From positions 1,380,001 through 1,412,000 of the forward strand of contig OW818675.1 of assembly GCA_942493095.1 (NCBI GenBank): DNA of 32,000 bases, given 5' to 3'. Shown piece after piece: positions 9,115-19,400 of the stretch. The notes under the pieces are model-generated. The model saw only the letters and a list, made by a program, of their open reading frames with translations. It was not told where the DNA came from and searched no databases. Each line of letters opens with the position of its first letter. Position 1 is the first letter of the stretch. Source of the stretch: Candidatus Electronema halotolerans (GTDB lineage Bacteria; Desulfobacterota; Desulfobulbia; Desulfobulbales; Desulfobulbaceae). The position numbers were made by a program, and so were the translations under genes.

Positions 9115-10014
9115 ATGACAAAGACCTGCAACACTCCGCCGCAGTGGCTGCAAGTAAGCCTGAACTGCCCGGAACGTGCTTTGGAAGCGGTCTGCGACCT
9201 GCTCGGCGTTCTCAGCGGCTCGGCTGTGGAGCAGAGTCCGCTCAAAGACGGCCTGAGCACAGTCAGCGGTTTTTTCCAATTTTTCACTGAAGCGGAGCAG
9301 GAGCAGCTGCGCCGCCGCTTGGAAACTGAGCTGACCGACCTGTTCGCAGCCTACAAGCTGCCTGTGCCAATGCTGGCCTGTTCCGTGCTCGCAGATCAGG
9401 ACTGGGCCACATCATGGCAGCAGTTTTTCACGCCTTTTGCCATTGTTCCCGGCCTGATCATCAAGCCGAGCTGGGAAGAACATGCGGCCCAGCCGGGCGA
9501 GCAGGTGCTGGAGATTGATCCGGGCATGGCCTTTGGCACAGGCCAGCACGCTTCAACCAAGCTGGCTCTCAGCCTGCTGCAAAGCTGCTGTCATGACCAC
9601 CAGCCGGAAACCGTGCTTGATGTCGGCACCGGCACCGGCATTTTGGCAATGGCAGCAGCCCTGTTCGGGGCCAAGAAGATTCGTGCCATTGACAACGACC
9701 CGGAGGCGGTGCGGGCGGCGGCGGAAAACATTGCCTGCAACCATCTCAGCGCGATGATTGATGTTTCTGGCACTGTGCTGGCCGAGATCAGCGGCAGTTA
9801 TGACCTGATCTGCGCCAACATCCTCCATGATGTGCTGGTGGAAATGGCCCCGGACATTGCCAAGCGATTGACAGCGCAGGGTTGCGTGGTGCTGGCAGGC
9901 ATCCTGCGCGGCGAGCAGGAGGAGAATATTATTCAAATATACAGCGGGTTGGGACTCAAACTGCGGCAGCAGGTTCATGAGGAGGAATGGGCGGCCCTGC
10001 TGCTGGGCCGGTGA
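9115..10014 (+). CDS. prmA: ribosomal protein L11 methyltransferase
   Basis: 299 aa. F.PF.I.P.L.IKPSWEE, IDPGMAFGTGQHASTKL, and SAM motif VLDVGTGTGILAMAAALFGAKKIRAIDNDPEAV. Its AAGGAA ribosome-binding site lies inside the 3' end of the preceding low-GC gene. Confidence 0.9.
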   Translation: MTKTCNTPPQWLQVSLNCPERALEAVCDLLGVLSGSAVEQSPLKDGLSTVSGFFQFFTEAEQEQLRRRLETELTDLFAAYKLPVPMLACSVLADQDWATSWQQFFTPFAIVPGLIIKPSWEEHAAQPGEQVLEIDPGMAFGTGQHASTKLALSLLQSCCHDHQPETVLDVGTGTGILAMAAALFGAKKIRAIDNDPEAVRAAAENIACNHLSAMIDVSGTVLAEISGSYDLICANILHDVLVEMAPDIAKRLTAQGCVVLAGILRGEQEENIIQIYSGLGLKLRQQVHEEEWAALLLGR

Positions 10015-10035
10015 AATTTTTCTTGCCAGCTCTGC

Positions 10036-11094
10036 TCAGGACTGCGCTCTGATGGTCATGTAAGCAGGAAAATGCTGCATCTGACTCAGGTCATTTTCCA
10101 AGATGACTCGTTTTCCGTCCGCCGCCTTGCCCTTCTCCTTGAAATGGGCGAATTTGTAGGTCATATACATCATCCGGTTTCTCTCATTGCTGACAAACTC
10201 CGCCAGCAACCGCACACCCTTTTCTTGAGCCGCCTTTCTGATGTGATTGATCAGCACGCTGCCGACCCCGCGTGACATGACCCGGCAGGACATGAGCAGC
10301 AGCTTGATGGTCCAGACCTGCTCCCGGCATTCGATCAGAACCAGCCCGATCTTGCCGTAGGTGCCGTACTTGTCCTCAAGCCCGGCAATCAGCAGGATAT
10401 GATCCTCAGACTGCCGGAAGCGGTCCAGCTCCTCATACGAATAGGCATCGCCAGTGGTGTTGAGTTGATGGGTGCGCACCGTGAGTTCCTCGGCCCGCTT
10501 CAAGTCTTCCTCCTGCGCGGGCGCAATGGTCAGCACCATGTTCAGAGTGGCGAGAAACTCCTCCTTTGGCCCGACAAACTCCTCCTCCACCGCCTCGCGC
10601 CGCTGGTCGCTGAGATACATCTGCCGCCGCTTGGCCGAATCCTCTGTGATGAAACGGGGGTGCATTCGGGCCAGCTCCGGCACCTTGACAAGATCAGCGG
10701 CATCAAGGCAAAGCACTTCAGGCAGGGAGAAATTCACCTCTTCCCGCTCAAAGGCTTGATCGTCAATAAAGGCAAAGGTGTCAATGCCGATATTGAGCTT
10801 TTCGGCAATGGTCCTGATATTGTCAGCTTTTGAGTTCCAGTTGATCTGCGGATAGAGGAAATAGTCAGCCAGACCAAATTTCTCAAGCCTGCTCATGGCA
10901 TGGTTATGTTCATTTCTGCTGGCAATGGACTGAAGGATGCCCCGCTTGTCCAATGTCTGAATGATTTCCTGAACGCCATCGCGCAGCGTCACCTCGCTGT
11001 CCTCCAGCAGGATGCCGTTCCACAGAGTATTGTCCAAATCCCAAACCAGACATTTTATTTTCTGCTCTTCTTTGTCATGCGTCTGCTGCGTCAT
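10036..11094 (-). CDS. FkbH-like HAD-IIIC phosphatase/glyceryl-ACP transferase (first step of hydroxymalonyl/methoxymalonyl-ACP formation)
   Basis: 352 aa. HAD motif I as VWDLDNTLWNG, IDD motif, and the conserved FkbH Cys context LLLMSCRVMSRGVG. Size and layout match stand-alone FkbH/Asm16/ZmaN-type proteins. The start overlaps the preceding gene by 20 nt. Confidence 0.85.
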   Translation of the reverse strand: MTQQTHDKEEQKIKCLVWDLDNTLWNGILLEDSEVTLRDGVQEIIQTLDKRGILQSIASRNEHNHAMSRLEKFGLADYFLYPQINWNSKADNIRTIAEKLNIGIDTFAFIDDQAFEREEVNFSLPEVLCLDAADLVKVPELARMHPRFITEDSAKRRQMYLSDQRREAVEEEFVGPKEEFLATLNMVLTIAPAQEEDLKRAEELTVRTHQLNTTGDAYSYEELDRFRQSEDHILLIAGLEDKYGTYGKIGLVLIECREQVWTIKLLLMSCRVMSRGVGSVLINHIRKAAQEKGVRLLAEFVSNERNRMMYMTYKFAHFKEKGKAADGKRVILENDLSQMQHFPAYMTIRAQS

Positions 11095-12259
11095 TTCTTC
11101 CCTGTCTGCCTTTTCTTCGTTCCATGATTAGCTGCTGATAGCCGTTCTTGGCAATAATGATCTGCTGGATTTGATTGCTGCCTTCGATGATCTCCATGAT
11201 TTTCGCATCCCGGAAGCAGCGCTGCACCGGATAATCACTGCTACAGCCATTGGCCCCATGAATCTGCACTGCATCGCTGGCCGCCTGCATGGCGGCTCTG
11301 GAGGCAAAATATTTGGCCGTGGAAGTCTCCATGATCAGGGCCGGATCACCTTTGTCTTTCATATTGCCAGCATGGTGACAAAGCAGTCTTGCCGCTTTGC
11401 TGTTGGTGATCATGTCCGCAATCATCTGCTGAATGAGCTGATGCCCTCTGAGAGGAGCACCGAACTGCTTCCGCTCGCTGGTGTAGCTGAGGCAGGCGGA
11501 CAGGCAGGCTTCGATCAGGCCGAGACAACCCCAGGCCACACAGTAGCGGCCATGATCAAGCGCGGTTCCGGCGACATGCGAGAAGCCAAAGCCGATTCGA
11601 CCCACCAGATTTTCTTCAGGAATTCGGCAGTTCTTGAGTATGAGCCGGGCCAGCATGGCGGAACGGAAGCCGAGCAGGCCGCTGATGGCTTGGCTGGCAA
11701 AACCGGGCGTGTCCCGCTGGACAAGAAAGGCGGATGGTCTGCCCTCGCATTGGGCGATAATCAAAAAGAGATCAGCGACCTGACCAAAGGAAATCCATTT
11801 TTTTCCCCCTGTGATCAGATAACTGCCATCAGCATGAACCGCAGTGCTCTGGACGCTCTTGGCATCGCTGCCAATATCCGGCTCGGTCAGGCCAAACGCG
11901 CCGATGGTCGCGCCGCTTGCCAATCTGGGCAGCCAGACAGCCCGCTGCTCTGCTGTGCCCCATTTCAGCAGAGCCTGACAGACCATGCCATGCACAGTGA
12001 GCAAACTGAGCAGCGAGGCACTGACCCGGCCAATTTCCTCGCAGAGCAGACCAAAGGTGAGCGCATCCATGCCTTGGCCGCCATGCTCTTTGGGCACCAC
12101 AGCTCCCAGCCAACCGGTGGCGGCAAATTTTTTAATAACGCTCTCAGGCATCTGCTCATCCCGGTCATACTGATCAGCATGGGGAGCTATTTCCTCGCTC
12201 GCAAAAGAGCGGAACAAATCCCTGCTGCGCCGCTGTTCAGGGGTTAAGGAAAATTCCAT
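11075..12259 (-). CDS. acyl-CoA/acyl-ACP dehydrogenase (FkbI/Asm15/ZmaE-like)
   Basis: 394 aa with a typical ACAD layout: GAFGLTEPDIGSD, the FAD/substrate region GGKKWISFG, and the C-terminal catalytic-base context IMEIIEGSNQIQ. Confidence 0.9.
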   Translation of the reverse strand: MEFSLTPEQRRSRDLFRSFASEEIAPHADQYDRDEQMPESVIKKFAATGWLGAVVPKEHGGQGMDALTFGLLCEEIGRVSASLLSLLTVHGMVCQALLKWGTAEQRAVWLPRLASGATIGAFGLTEPDIGSDAKSVQSTAVHADGSYLITGGKKWISFGQVADLFLIIAQCEGRPSAFLVQRDTPGFASQAISGLLGFRSAMLARLILKNCRIPEENLVGRIGFGFSHVAGTALDHGRYCVAWGCLGLIEACLSACLSYTSERKQFGAPLRGHQLIQQMIADMITNSKAARLLCHHAGNMKDKGDPALIMETSTAKYFASRAAMQAASDAVQIHGANGCSSDYPVQRCFRDAKIMEIIEGSNQIQQIIIAKNGYQQLIMERRKGRQGRNDAADA

Positions 12260-12314
12260 TGTTTTATTGAATAATTAATTACAGGTCAAAAAGAGCAACC
12301 GCCCTTTTGCTTCA

Positions 12315-12554
12315 TCAGGCTGTCTTTCGTTGAATGAATCCGACAATGGCATTCATGGTTCTGAAGTTGTCATAATCAAGGTCTTCATTTTCCACCTTGA
12401 CGGCAAATTCCTTTTCCACGAACAGCACGAGCTGCATGGCAAAGAGGGAATTCACCAAACCAGAGGCGAAAAGATCCTCGTCATCATCCACATCAACGTT
12501 GATGAACTGCGCTAAAAATGACGTTACCGTCTCTCTGATGGCCTCTGCGTTCAT
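12315..12554 (-). CDS. stand-alone acyl carrier protein (FkbJ/Asm14/ZmaD-like)
   Basis: 79 aa and acidic. The attachment motif is LFASGLVNSLFAMQLV, with the Ser36 codon at 12447..12449. Asn replaces the more usual Asp before the Ser. Confidence 0.8.
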   Translation of the reverse strand: MNAEAIRETVTSFLAQFINVDVDDDEDLFASGLVNSLFAMQLVLFVEKEFAVKVENEDLDYDNFRTMNAIVGFIQRKTA

Positions 12555-12584
12555 ATTGCTCCTCTATCAATAGTTGCGCAATGA

Positions 12585-13448
12585 TTAGAACATATTTGGA
12601 TATTTGTAAAATCCCCTGCCGTTTTTCCGCCCGTGCAACCCGGCAGCAACCATTTTTTTCAGCAAAGGAGAACAGCGGAATTTGCTGTCCTGATATTCCT
12701 CATAAAGAACCTGCAACGTGTCCACCACGGTGTCAAGTCCGATCAGATCAGCGGTTTCCAGCGGCCCCATTGCATGACCGTAGCATTTCTTGAAGATATC
12801 GTCTATCTCTTTTGGCTCGGCAACATGCTCCATGACTAAATTGGCCGCCTCATTCATAAACAAATGCGACAGACGATTGGCGACAAAGCCCGGCGCATCG
12901 TTGACAAGAATGCAGTCCTTGCCCATCTGCCGCAGAAACTGCTTTGCCGCAGCAACAGTTTCCTCTGAAGTGTGATAACCACGGATGGTTTCCACGGTTT
13001 TCTTCATCGGCACCGGATTCATGAAGTGCATGCCAATGACCCGGTCTGGCCGCTGAGTCACAGAAGCAATGCGGGTGATCGGCACTGCCGAGGTGTTGGC
13101 GGCAAAAATGCAATGCGCAGGGCAGATCGGATCAATCTGCGCATAGACCTCCTGCTTGACGCTCCACTTTTCTGTGACATTTTCAACAACAACGTCAGCA
13201 GATGCAAGCAGCTCGCAGTTTGTGACAAAACTGATCCTTCCGAGCAGCTCCTCCGAGTCTGCCGCCGGACTTTCCTTGCGCATGAAGCCCTGAAAACGGA
13301 TGCTGTTTCTGATCTGTCCCTCGGCTTTTTGCAGAATATCCTCTGCAAGATCAATCAGGATCACCTGATGCCCGGTCTGGGCAAGATTCTGGGCCACCCC
13401 GCAGCCCATCACTCCGGCTCCGACCACGCCAACTGTCTTAATATTCAT
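12585..13448 (-). CDS. 3-hydroxyacyl-CoA/ACP dehydrogenase (FkbK/Asm13/ZmaG-like)
   Basis: 287 aa. Rossmann N-terminus VGVVGAGVMGCGVAQN, HFMNPVP, and the C-terminal dimerisation region GPLETADLIGLD. Its AAGGAAA ribosome-binding site overlaps the stop codon of the megasynthase gene. Confidence 0.9.
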   Translation of the reverse strand: MNIKTVGVVGAGVMGCGVAQNLAQTGHQVILIDLAEDILQKAEGQIRNSIRFQGFMRKESPAADSEELLGRISFVTNCELLASADVVVENVTEKWSVKQEVYAQIDPICPAHCIFAANTSAVPITRIASVTQRPDRVIGMHFMNPVPMKKTVETIRGYHTSEETVAAAKQFLRQMGKDCILVNDAPGFVANRLSHLFMNEAANLVMEHVAEPKEIDDIFKKCYGHAMGPLETADLIGLDTVVDTLQVLYEEYQDSKFRCSPLLKKMVAAGLHGRKNGRGFYKYPNMF

Positions 13449-13457
13449 ATTTTTCCT

Positions 13458-16400
13458 TTATGTTATTGCCGCAGGCTCAGTCTCCGGGACGGCGGCCATC
13501 CCGGCTGCGCGTTCCAGACAAATTTGCATCTGCGTCGCCAGCACCTGCACATGCGGCTGATTGACCATTGTATGATGTTTTCCAGGCACTTGAATCACTT
13601 CCACAGCTTGGGCCGCATAGTCCTGCCAGCCATGCTCCGGCGGCAGAGTTGGATCCTCCGGCCTTCTTTCCGCAGCTTGGAAGAGCGTGACCCTGCCGCC
13701 GCAGGTCTTGGCCTGAAAACGCAACGAAGCGGACATATTGCTTTTATAGACCCGGATCAGCCGCTTGGTCTGCATCAGGTCAACATCAGGGGGAAAGATG
13801 TTGATCTTTCGGCCTTGTTCAACGACATGGGCTAACTGCTCATCAGGACTGAGCTGGCGCAGATAGTCCAAGGACAGGGCAGCATCGGCTTCGGCAAAGT
13901 AATCGACAAAAAACTGCGCGTCATCTTCCGGTTCCTGAAGAATCTCCCTGATGATGTGCGGCGCAATGGCATCCAGCAAGCCAAGGAAGGTGACAGACTC
14001 TCCCTGCGCCTCCAGCCGGGCGGCCATTGCAAAGGCGACCAGTCCGCCGAACGACCAGCCCATGAGCTGATAGGGGCCGTGCGGCTGCACTGTCTGCATG
14101 GCTTCAATGTACTGTGCTGCCATCTCAGCAATATCCGGGCAAGGCTCCTGCTCCGCTTCCAGTCCGAATGCCTGGAAGGCGTAAAACGGCTGCTCCGGGC
14201 CGAGCTGCCGGGCCAGCTCAAGATAGCAGAGCACATTGCCGCCCGCCGGATGCACGCAGAAGAGCGGGGCCTTTTTGCCGCTGCTCTGAATGGGAACAAG
14301 GCAGGACCACGGCAGCAGCTCAGTCTGCCGCCGCAGAATCTTGGCGATTTCCTCAATGCTGCTGTTATGGAAAAGAGTGGTCAGGGCGATGCGCTGTTTG
14401 AACTGCTGCTCCACCTGCGCCATCAGCCGCACCGCCAGCAGGGAATGTCCGCCCAGCTCAAAGAAATTATCTTTGATGCCGACAGGATGCACTTTGAGCA
14501 GCTCTTCCCAAATCTGGGTCAGGCGCAGCTCCACCGTGTCACGCGGAGCCTGATATCGTTTATCCCTGCGCTGCGACTCAGGTTCCGGCAGAGCTTTGCG
14601 GTCGATCTTGCCGTTGGGAGTCAGGGGCAGTTTGTCGAGCACGGTGAAGCTGCCGGGCAGCATGTAGGCAGGCAACTGCTCGTGGAGGAAGTCGCGCAGC
14701 GCAACGGCGAATTCCGTTTTATCCACAAGGTCGGCAGCCGGATTGTTCGCATAGCTGCGCCAAGGCTTGGGCAGGGGTGCAGGCCGGTTCGGCGTGAAGC
14801 GGGCGGCAAGCTCTTTTCGTTGAAACACCGCTGTATAATGGAATTTTCCGCCATAATGCAGGGAGCAGGTGTATGCCGTGTCCTCGGTCAGAGTGCGCAA
14901 GGCTTCCGGGGCAACGAATTGGCCCGCGTCTTCTTGCACCAAGGCCCGCAAGTCGGCAACAGAGCCGTCAAAATGGGCAAGCTGCTCCAGCAGCTTCTTT
15001 TCTTCAGCGAGCCGGGCATTGGGTATGGTGCTGATTTCAATGACCTCGCTTTGCTGCTCGGCCAGCTTATGGCTGACCTGCTCCAGCGTCACGGCAGCTT
15101 TGCCCCAGTCCAAACGCTGCACCTGCGCTGTTGGCAGAGCAGGTCTTGCCGCATCAAGATGCAGGGTCACATCATAGCGGAAGCAGGTCATCTCGTTCTG
15201 AGCAAGCCCTTGTTTCAGCTCCAGCCGCACTTGACTGACCGCTGGAATCCGCTCTTGCAGGGCCATGAACAAGTCAGGATCAAGCAGCAGTTCCCGCTCC
15301 CGGCTCATGCTGGCCTGCACCCGCTGCCGCAGCTCCTTCACGGCCAGCCCGTCATCGGCCTGAAAAAGCTGCACCGACGCATGAAAGGCTTCCAAGAGCT
15401 GGAAGTTGCGCACATCGCCAATGAAAATGGAGCCGCCGGACGCAACTGCTGCCGCTGCTTTTTCCAAAACCTTGAGCAGATAGTCAATGGACGGGAAATA
15501 CTGAATGACTGAGTTGAGAATCACCAGATCAACGGAACCCGGCTGAAGGCTGTCAATCTGATCAGCAGCGAGCTGCCGCAGCATTACCCTGTCGCTGAAG
15601 TCCCAGTCCTGCTGCTGGGTTTCAATCCACGCCAAGGCTTCGGAAGAAATATCCGCGCCAATATACTGCTGGCAGAAAGGAGCCAAGCGGAAGAGCAACA
15701 TGCCGGTGCCGCAGCCGATTTCCAAAATGCGGGCTGGTGCCAGCGACAATATTCGCGCTACAGTGCCGTCAAGCCATTCCTGCATCTCCTGATCAGGAAT
15801 CGGCTGCATGGTGTAGCTGCTGTTCCAGCCGATGGTGTTGCGCTGCCGCTCGACCGGCGCATCAGCAGATTGGCTGTAGGTGTCGTTCCAGACCTGCTGC
15901 CACTGCTTGATTGTTTCCGTCTGCGCCGCCTGATCAGCACTGTCAGCTTCACTGGTCAAGCGCGGCACAATGTATGCGGCGAGCTGCTCCTGCTCCTGAT
16001 TGGCAATCACAGCGGCCTCCCGCACACGCGGATGCCTGTTCAGAGCCGCCTCAATTTCGCCCAGCTCAATGCGGAAGCCGCGCAGCTTGATCTGATGATC
16101 AATTCGTCCCAGACATTCCAAGATGCCGTTGCGGAGCAGCCGGGCCAGATCACCGGTTTTGTAGATGCGTTGCCGCTGGCCGAACAGTTCTATTTCGACG
16201 AATTTTTCCGCTGTCAGCTCAGGCCGGTTCAGATAGCCTCGCGCCAAACCATGCCCGCCGATGCACAGCTCTCCCGGCAGACCCGGCGGAACGAGGCCGC
16301 CGTGCTCGTCGAGAATATACATCTGAGTGTTGCCGATGGGCTGCCCGATCAATTCCGGCCGTTCCGGCCAGCTCGCAACATCCTGCATGGACGACCAAAT

Positions 16401-19400
16401 CGTGGTTTCAGTGGGGCCGTACACATTCCAAAGCCGCTGACAGTTGGCAAGCAGTTTTCTCCCAAGTTCCGCTTGCATGGCCTCGCCGCCGCAAAGGATG
16501 GTCAGCGGGCTGCGCTGCTGCCAGCCGCTGTGCAGAAGCATTTTCCATGTCGCCGGAGTGGCCTGCATCACAGTGATCTGTTCCTGCTCAAGAACCTCCA
16601 TAAGCAGGTCGCCGTTCATGGCTGTTTCTCTGTCAATAAGCACACACTGGCTGCCGCTGATCAACGGCAGATACAATTCCAAGGCCGCAATGTCGAAGGA
16701 CAGCGTGGTCAGGGCTAAGACTTTGTCATTTTCTTTTATGCCGATGCGCTGCTGCATATAACAGAGGAAATTCACCAGCGCGGCGTGCTCAATCATAACT
16801 CCTTTAGGCCGTCCTGTTGAACCGGAAGTGTAAATCACATAGGAGAGATGCTCCGGGCTGCTCCGTCTGCTCAGATTGTCTGCGGAATGCAGAGCAATTT
16901 CAGGCCAGCCGCTGTCCAAGCAGATGACTTCGGCACTGTGTTCCGGCAGGTGCGCCAACAGGTGCTGCTGGGTCAGCAGCACTTTCACTGCCGCATCATT
17001 GAGCATGAAGTGCAGCCGATCTTGCGGATAATCCGGGTCCAGCGGCATGTATGCGCCGCCCGCTTTGAGAATGCCGAGCAGACCGACCAGCATATCCAAA
17101 GAGCGCTCCACATAGATGCCGACCAAGGTGTCAGGCCCGACTCCCAAGGCCAGCAGATGCCGGGCCAGCTGATTGGCCTGCTGATTGAGTTCGGCAAAGC
17201 AGAGCTGCTCTTCAGCAAAGGCAACTGCAATATTGCCGGGACAGCGGACAGCCTGCGCCTCAAAAAGCTCAACCAGGGTTTTGTCTTGCGGGCAGGCGAA
17301 ATCCCTTTGATTCCAAGTTTGCAGCTCCTGCTCCTCCGCCGATGTCAGCAAAGAGAACGAGGAGTACGGCTGCTCTGGTGCTTTAACAATCTCCCGCAGC
17401 AGGGTCTGGAAATGCCCGGCCATCCGGGAGATGGTCTCTGCCGCGAACAAGTCGGTGGAATATTCCCAGTCGCAGACAAAGCCGTCCTCCTGTTCAGCAA
17501 TGCTCAGGGTCAGATCAAACTTGGCGGTTGTCAGCTCCGGCTCTAAGAAGGAAACAGTCACCCCGCTGAACTCCAGCGATTCCTGCGGCGCGTTCTGGAG
17601 AATGAACATCACCTGAAACAGCGGCGAATAACTGAGACTGCGGGCCGGGTTGAGCTGTTCCACCAAGTATTCAAAGGGAATGTCCTGATGGCTGTAGGCT
17701 TCCAGAGCGGTCTGCCTGATCTGGGTGAGCAGTTCAGCAAAGGTCTGGGCCGGGCCGAGCTGGCTGCGCAGGACCAGCGTGTTGACAAAAAAGCCGATTA
17801 AATCCTCGGTCTGCCGCTGGGTGCGGTTGGCAATGGGACTGCCCACGAGCAGGTCTGTCTGGCCGCTGTAGCGGTGCAGCAGGACGTTGAAGGCGGCCAG
17901 CAAGGTCATGAAAACGGTTGCCCCGTGCTCACGGCTCAGGAGCCTGACCGCTTGCGCCAGTTCGGCAGGCAGGGCTGATTGGAGATGCCGGCCCTGATAG
18001 CTGATTTCTGCCGGGCGGGGATAATCTGTGGGCAGTTCGAGCAGTTCAGGCACGCCAGCCAGCTTGCCGCGCCAATACTCCAACTGCTCATGCAGGGCCT
18101 TGCCGTGCAGCCAGCTCTTCTGCCAAGCGGCAAAATCCGTGTATTGAATCGACAGTTCCGGCAGGTTTGCTTTCCGATTTTCGAGACAGGAACAGTACAG
18201 CTCGCCCCAGTCGCGCACCAGGATGCCCATTGACCAGCCGTCGCTGATAATATGGTGCATGTTGAAGAGCAGTATCTGCTCCTGTGCGCCGAGCCGGAGC
18301 AGATGCAGACTGAACAGAGGCCCGGTGGTCAGCTCAAAGGCGGTGCCGCCATGCCTGCCAATCCATGCCTGCACCTGTTCCTCCTGTTCTGCGGCAGGCA
18401 AGCTGCTGAGATCAGCAATAGTCAGCGGGTCATAGAGGGCAAGCCGCTGCACAGCTGCTGTTCCGGCCTGCTCCGGGAAGTAGAGGCGCAGGCTCTCGTG
18501 CCGCGCAATCAGGGCTGTGGAGGCCCGGCGCAGTGCTCCCTCATCCAGTGGGCCGCGCAGTCGCAGGGCAATGGGCATGTTGTAGGCCGAATTCTGTTCT
18601 TCCAACTGGGTCAGAAACCAGAGCCGCTGCTGGGCAAAGGACAGTGCCAAGGGCGCGTCTTGAGCCAGCGGGCTGATGGTCGGCAGAGCCTGACCGCGCT
18701 GCTGCTGCCCCAGCCATGCCGCCTGTTCAGCCAGCACGGGCAGCTCAAAAACGATGCGCAGCGGCAGATCAACACCAAAGCTTTCGCGGATGCGCGAGAC
18801 AAGCTGAGTTGCCAGCAGGGAATGGCCACCGATCTCAAAGAAATTGCTCTGCACATCAGCAATGTCCATCTTCAGGGCCTGCGACCAGAGCGCGCAGAGC
18901 AGCTCTTCGGTCTCGGTCTGCGGGGCTTGCGCCTGCTGCCCGGAGGCAATGAAGTCAGGTCGCGGCAGAGCCTTGCGGTCAATCTTGCCGTTGGCAGTCA
19001 GGGGCAACTTGTCGAGCACGGTGAAGCTGGCCGGAATCATCCAGTCGGGCAGGATTTGCTTCAGGGCCTCACGCAGAACAGCAGGCAGAGCAGCAGATTC
19101 TGTTTTTGCAGCATCGACCGTGAGATAGGCAGCCAGCAGCTTGCCGCCCTCCTGCTCCCAGACAACTGCTGCCGCTTCTCTGACCGCCTCCTGCCGCACC
19201 AGAGCCGCCTCAATCTCGCCCAGCTCGATGCGGTGGCCGCGAATTTTGACCTGATTGTCCTCCCGGCCCAGAAATTCAATCGTGCCGTCCGGCAGGCGGC
19301 GGCCCAAATCGCCGGTCTTGTAGAGCCGCTCGCCGGTGCGGGGGTGGGTGATGAAGGAAGCCTCTGTTCTCTCCTGATCGCGCCAATAACCTTGGGCCAG

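Noticed and set aside
11171-12247. 358-aa plus-strand ORF
   Set aside because: It is a complete antisense shadow of the acyl-CoA dehydrogenase gene. A related shadow, 12972..13835, spans the junction between the hydroxyacyl dehydrogenase gene and the TE domain.
13956-15512. 518-aa plus-strand ORF, with many similar ones (for example 15870..16718, 16848..17546, 18252..19553, 20493..21377, 21420..22244, 24150..24848, 25686..26663, 26721..28046, 29166..30638, 30660..31802) lying antisense to the megasynthase
   Set aside because: All lie entirely inside the 5,983-aa minus-strand ORF, which has unambiguous domain motifs throughout. Their translations are Arg/Gly/Gln/Leu-rich low-complexity strings with no motifs. 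This is typical of shadow ORFs in GC-rich coding DNA.
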